A DNA stretch of 63,715 nucleotides, from positions 1 to 63,715 of the IMG/VR virus record IMGVR_UViG_3300048929_000143, one strand, 5' to 3'. This document shows positions 62,399 through 63,715 of the stretch, one piece after another (the stretch's first letter is position 1; every line of letters starts with the position of its first letter). The position numbers and the translations under genes were made by a program. The notes beneath the pieces are model-generated. The model did not search any database, had not been told where the DNA came from, and worked only from the letters and a program-made list of their open reading frames with translations. This stretch comes from a virus.

Positions 62399-63715
62399 TC
62401 ACACCGTCGCTCAGGCCGTCGCACGACGCCTTAGTCTGCAGCCGCTGCTGGCGGTACCAGAAGCGTCAATGGACATCGACATGGGACGATTCCTGTCCAT
62501 GTCTCCGGAAGAACGCGCCGACGAAGAATCCCTGTATGCAACATGGAAGGCCGAAGTAGTGGCCGCCTACGGAATGCAGCCAGCAGCAAACGAAAAGCCG
62601 TATGCCTTTGCCGAAGGCGTGGCCATCATCCCTATCCATGGCATGTTGATTAACCGTTTTGGTGGTTCATGGTCGTGGGTGACTGGGTATCAATACATCT
62701 CGCGTATGACCATGGCCGCAGATGCCGATCCTGACGTACAGCTGATCGTATACGACATCAATTCCGGCGGCGGCGAGGTAGCTGGCTGCGCGGAAGCAGG
62801 CATGATTATTCAGTCGGCGCAGACCCCGACGATGGGTATCATAGACTCTCGATGCTACTCGGCAGCCTACTGGCTCGGCTCTCAGGTAGACCGTCTGGTG
62901 TCGACTCAGAGTGGCGGGGCCGGCTCTGTGGGTGCGATGACCATGCACATCGACGTGTCCGAACTGATGGACTCCATCGGCATGAAAGTTACGCTCATGT
63001 ACGCGGGCAAACACAAAGTGGACGGCAACCAATTCGAAAAACTGGGCGCCGACGTCAAAGAGAAAACAGAAGCACGACTGGAAGAGATTCGACAGGATTT
63101 CGCTGAAACCGTTGCAGAAGGTCGTGGTATCACACTAGAATCTGTCCTGGCTACCGAGGCGGATTGCTACACGGCAGAACAAGCGGTAGAGTTAAAACTG
63201 ATTGACGCAATTAACGATCCATCGGCAGAGATTCTTACCGCGATGTCGAGAATGGCCGACGGGTACGATCCCTTCGACGAAATTGATGATGACGAGGAAG
63301 ACGATATGTCTAATGCAGCAAAAGTAACCAACAAGCCAACGACCGAGGCGCAAGCCGAAGCGCCAGTCGATGCTAAAACCATCGAACTGGAATCGCGCGC
63401 CCGCATGAAGGCGATTAACACCCATGCGAATGCGTCAGCACAAAGCGACTTAGCGTCGTTCCTCGCATACGATACTGACCTGTCGTCCGAGATGTGCTGC
63501 GCTATCCTGGACAAAGTGACCGCACCGGCGGCACCGGCACCAGTTGAAAAAGCGGAAACCGACCCGACCAAAAACGGAACCAAAGCTGAAAACGACGGTA
63601 CCAAAACCTTCGCCGAAGCAATGGACACCACCAAAAACCCTGAGATTAAGCCGAACCAGGATAAAGCCGCGACAGAAGAAAATCGCATGGCCGACATCCT
63701 CGCGCTGATCCCGGA
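62385..63715 (+). CDS. S49 (SppA/ClpP-like) head-maturation protease fused to scaffold-like C-terminus (lambda gpC/Nu3 arrangement); continues to 146
   Basis: Absent from the ORF track because there is no stop before the window end. Translated by eye: ...DINSGGGEVAG...CYSAAYWLGS...GGAGSVGAM...; Ala/Lys/Glu-rich tail. Confidence 0.8.
   Translation, partial: MPQINHTVAQAVARRLSLQPLLAVPEASMDIDMGRFLSMSPEERADEESLYATWKAEVVAAYGMQPAANEKPYAFAEGVAIIPIHGMLINRFGGSWSWVTGYQYISRMTMAADADPDVQLIVYDINSGGGEVAGCAEAGMIIQSAQTPTMGIIDSRCYSAAYWLGSQVDRLVSTQSGGAGSVGAMTMHIDVSELMDSIGMKVTLMYAGKHKVDGNQFEKLGADVKEKTEARLEEIRQDFAETVAEGRGITLESVLATEADCYTAEQAVELKLIDAINDPSAEILTAMSRMADGYDPFDEIDDDEEDDMSNAAKVTNKPTTEAQAEAPVDAKTIELESRARMKAINTHANASAQSDLASFLAYDTDLSSEMCCAILDKVTAPAAPAPVEKAETDPTKNGTKAENDGTKTFAEAMDTTKNPEIKPNQDKAATEENRMADILALIP
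63589..63715. repeat. Terminal overlap: identical to 1-127
   Basis: Direct comparison of both window ends. Confidence 0.95.

Overview
The window is essentially one complete tailed-phage genome. Bases 1-127 are identical to 63589-63715, so the unit length is 63,588 bp and the contig closes on itself. The S49 protease/scaffold gene starting at 62385 runs off the right end and finishes at 146.

Layout:
(i) Rightward late block, 57844 -> junction -> 26775. It holds small and large terminase (lambda gpA type), gpW-like protein, portal, S49 protease-scaffold, gpD-like decoration protein, gpE-like major capsid, connectors, an Ig-domain major tail protein, a G/GT chaperone and a 1377-aa tape measure. 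Then comes a GTA-like tail tip (g12-like, BR0599/g13-like, gpI-like, 1266-aa J/g15-like, DUF2793-like). It ends with five tandem paralogous jelly-roll-like proteins, a 705-aa internally repetitive protein, a lysis cassette and a small fibre-like gene.
(ii) Leftward early block, 41249 -> 26808. It is cut into sub-operons by a conserved promoter family and includes Dam- and Dcm-type methyltransferases, an RdgC-like protein, a DEDD exonuclease, an ASCH protein, a P-loop protein and many unknowns.
(iii) A 0.6-kb non-coding region (41250-41897) with three 48-bp iteron-like repeats and a GC-rich repeat island.
(iv) A rightward accessory island of 11 unknown ORFs (41898-47176).
(v) A 0.9-kb non-coding region (47177-48087) with a palindromic cos-like site and a 3+3 inverted array of TTCTGGTAC.
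(vi) A leftward HTH gene plus prim-pol/helicase (50996 -> 48088).
(vii) A rightward replication module (DUF2800 nuclease, DUF2815, family-A DNA polymerase, VRR-NUC, SNF2 helicase).

I saw no integrase, repressor switch, tRNA, rRNA, CRISPR array or reverse transcriptase. From memory only, gene content and order resemble Chi-like enterobacterial siphoviruses; this cannot be verified here. Family and domain names are pattern recognition from the translated ORFs, not search results.

The strongest leads are the five-gene paralog array with the adjacent repetitive protein, the two repeat-rich non-coding regions, and the unannotatable accessory island.
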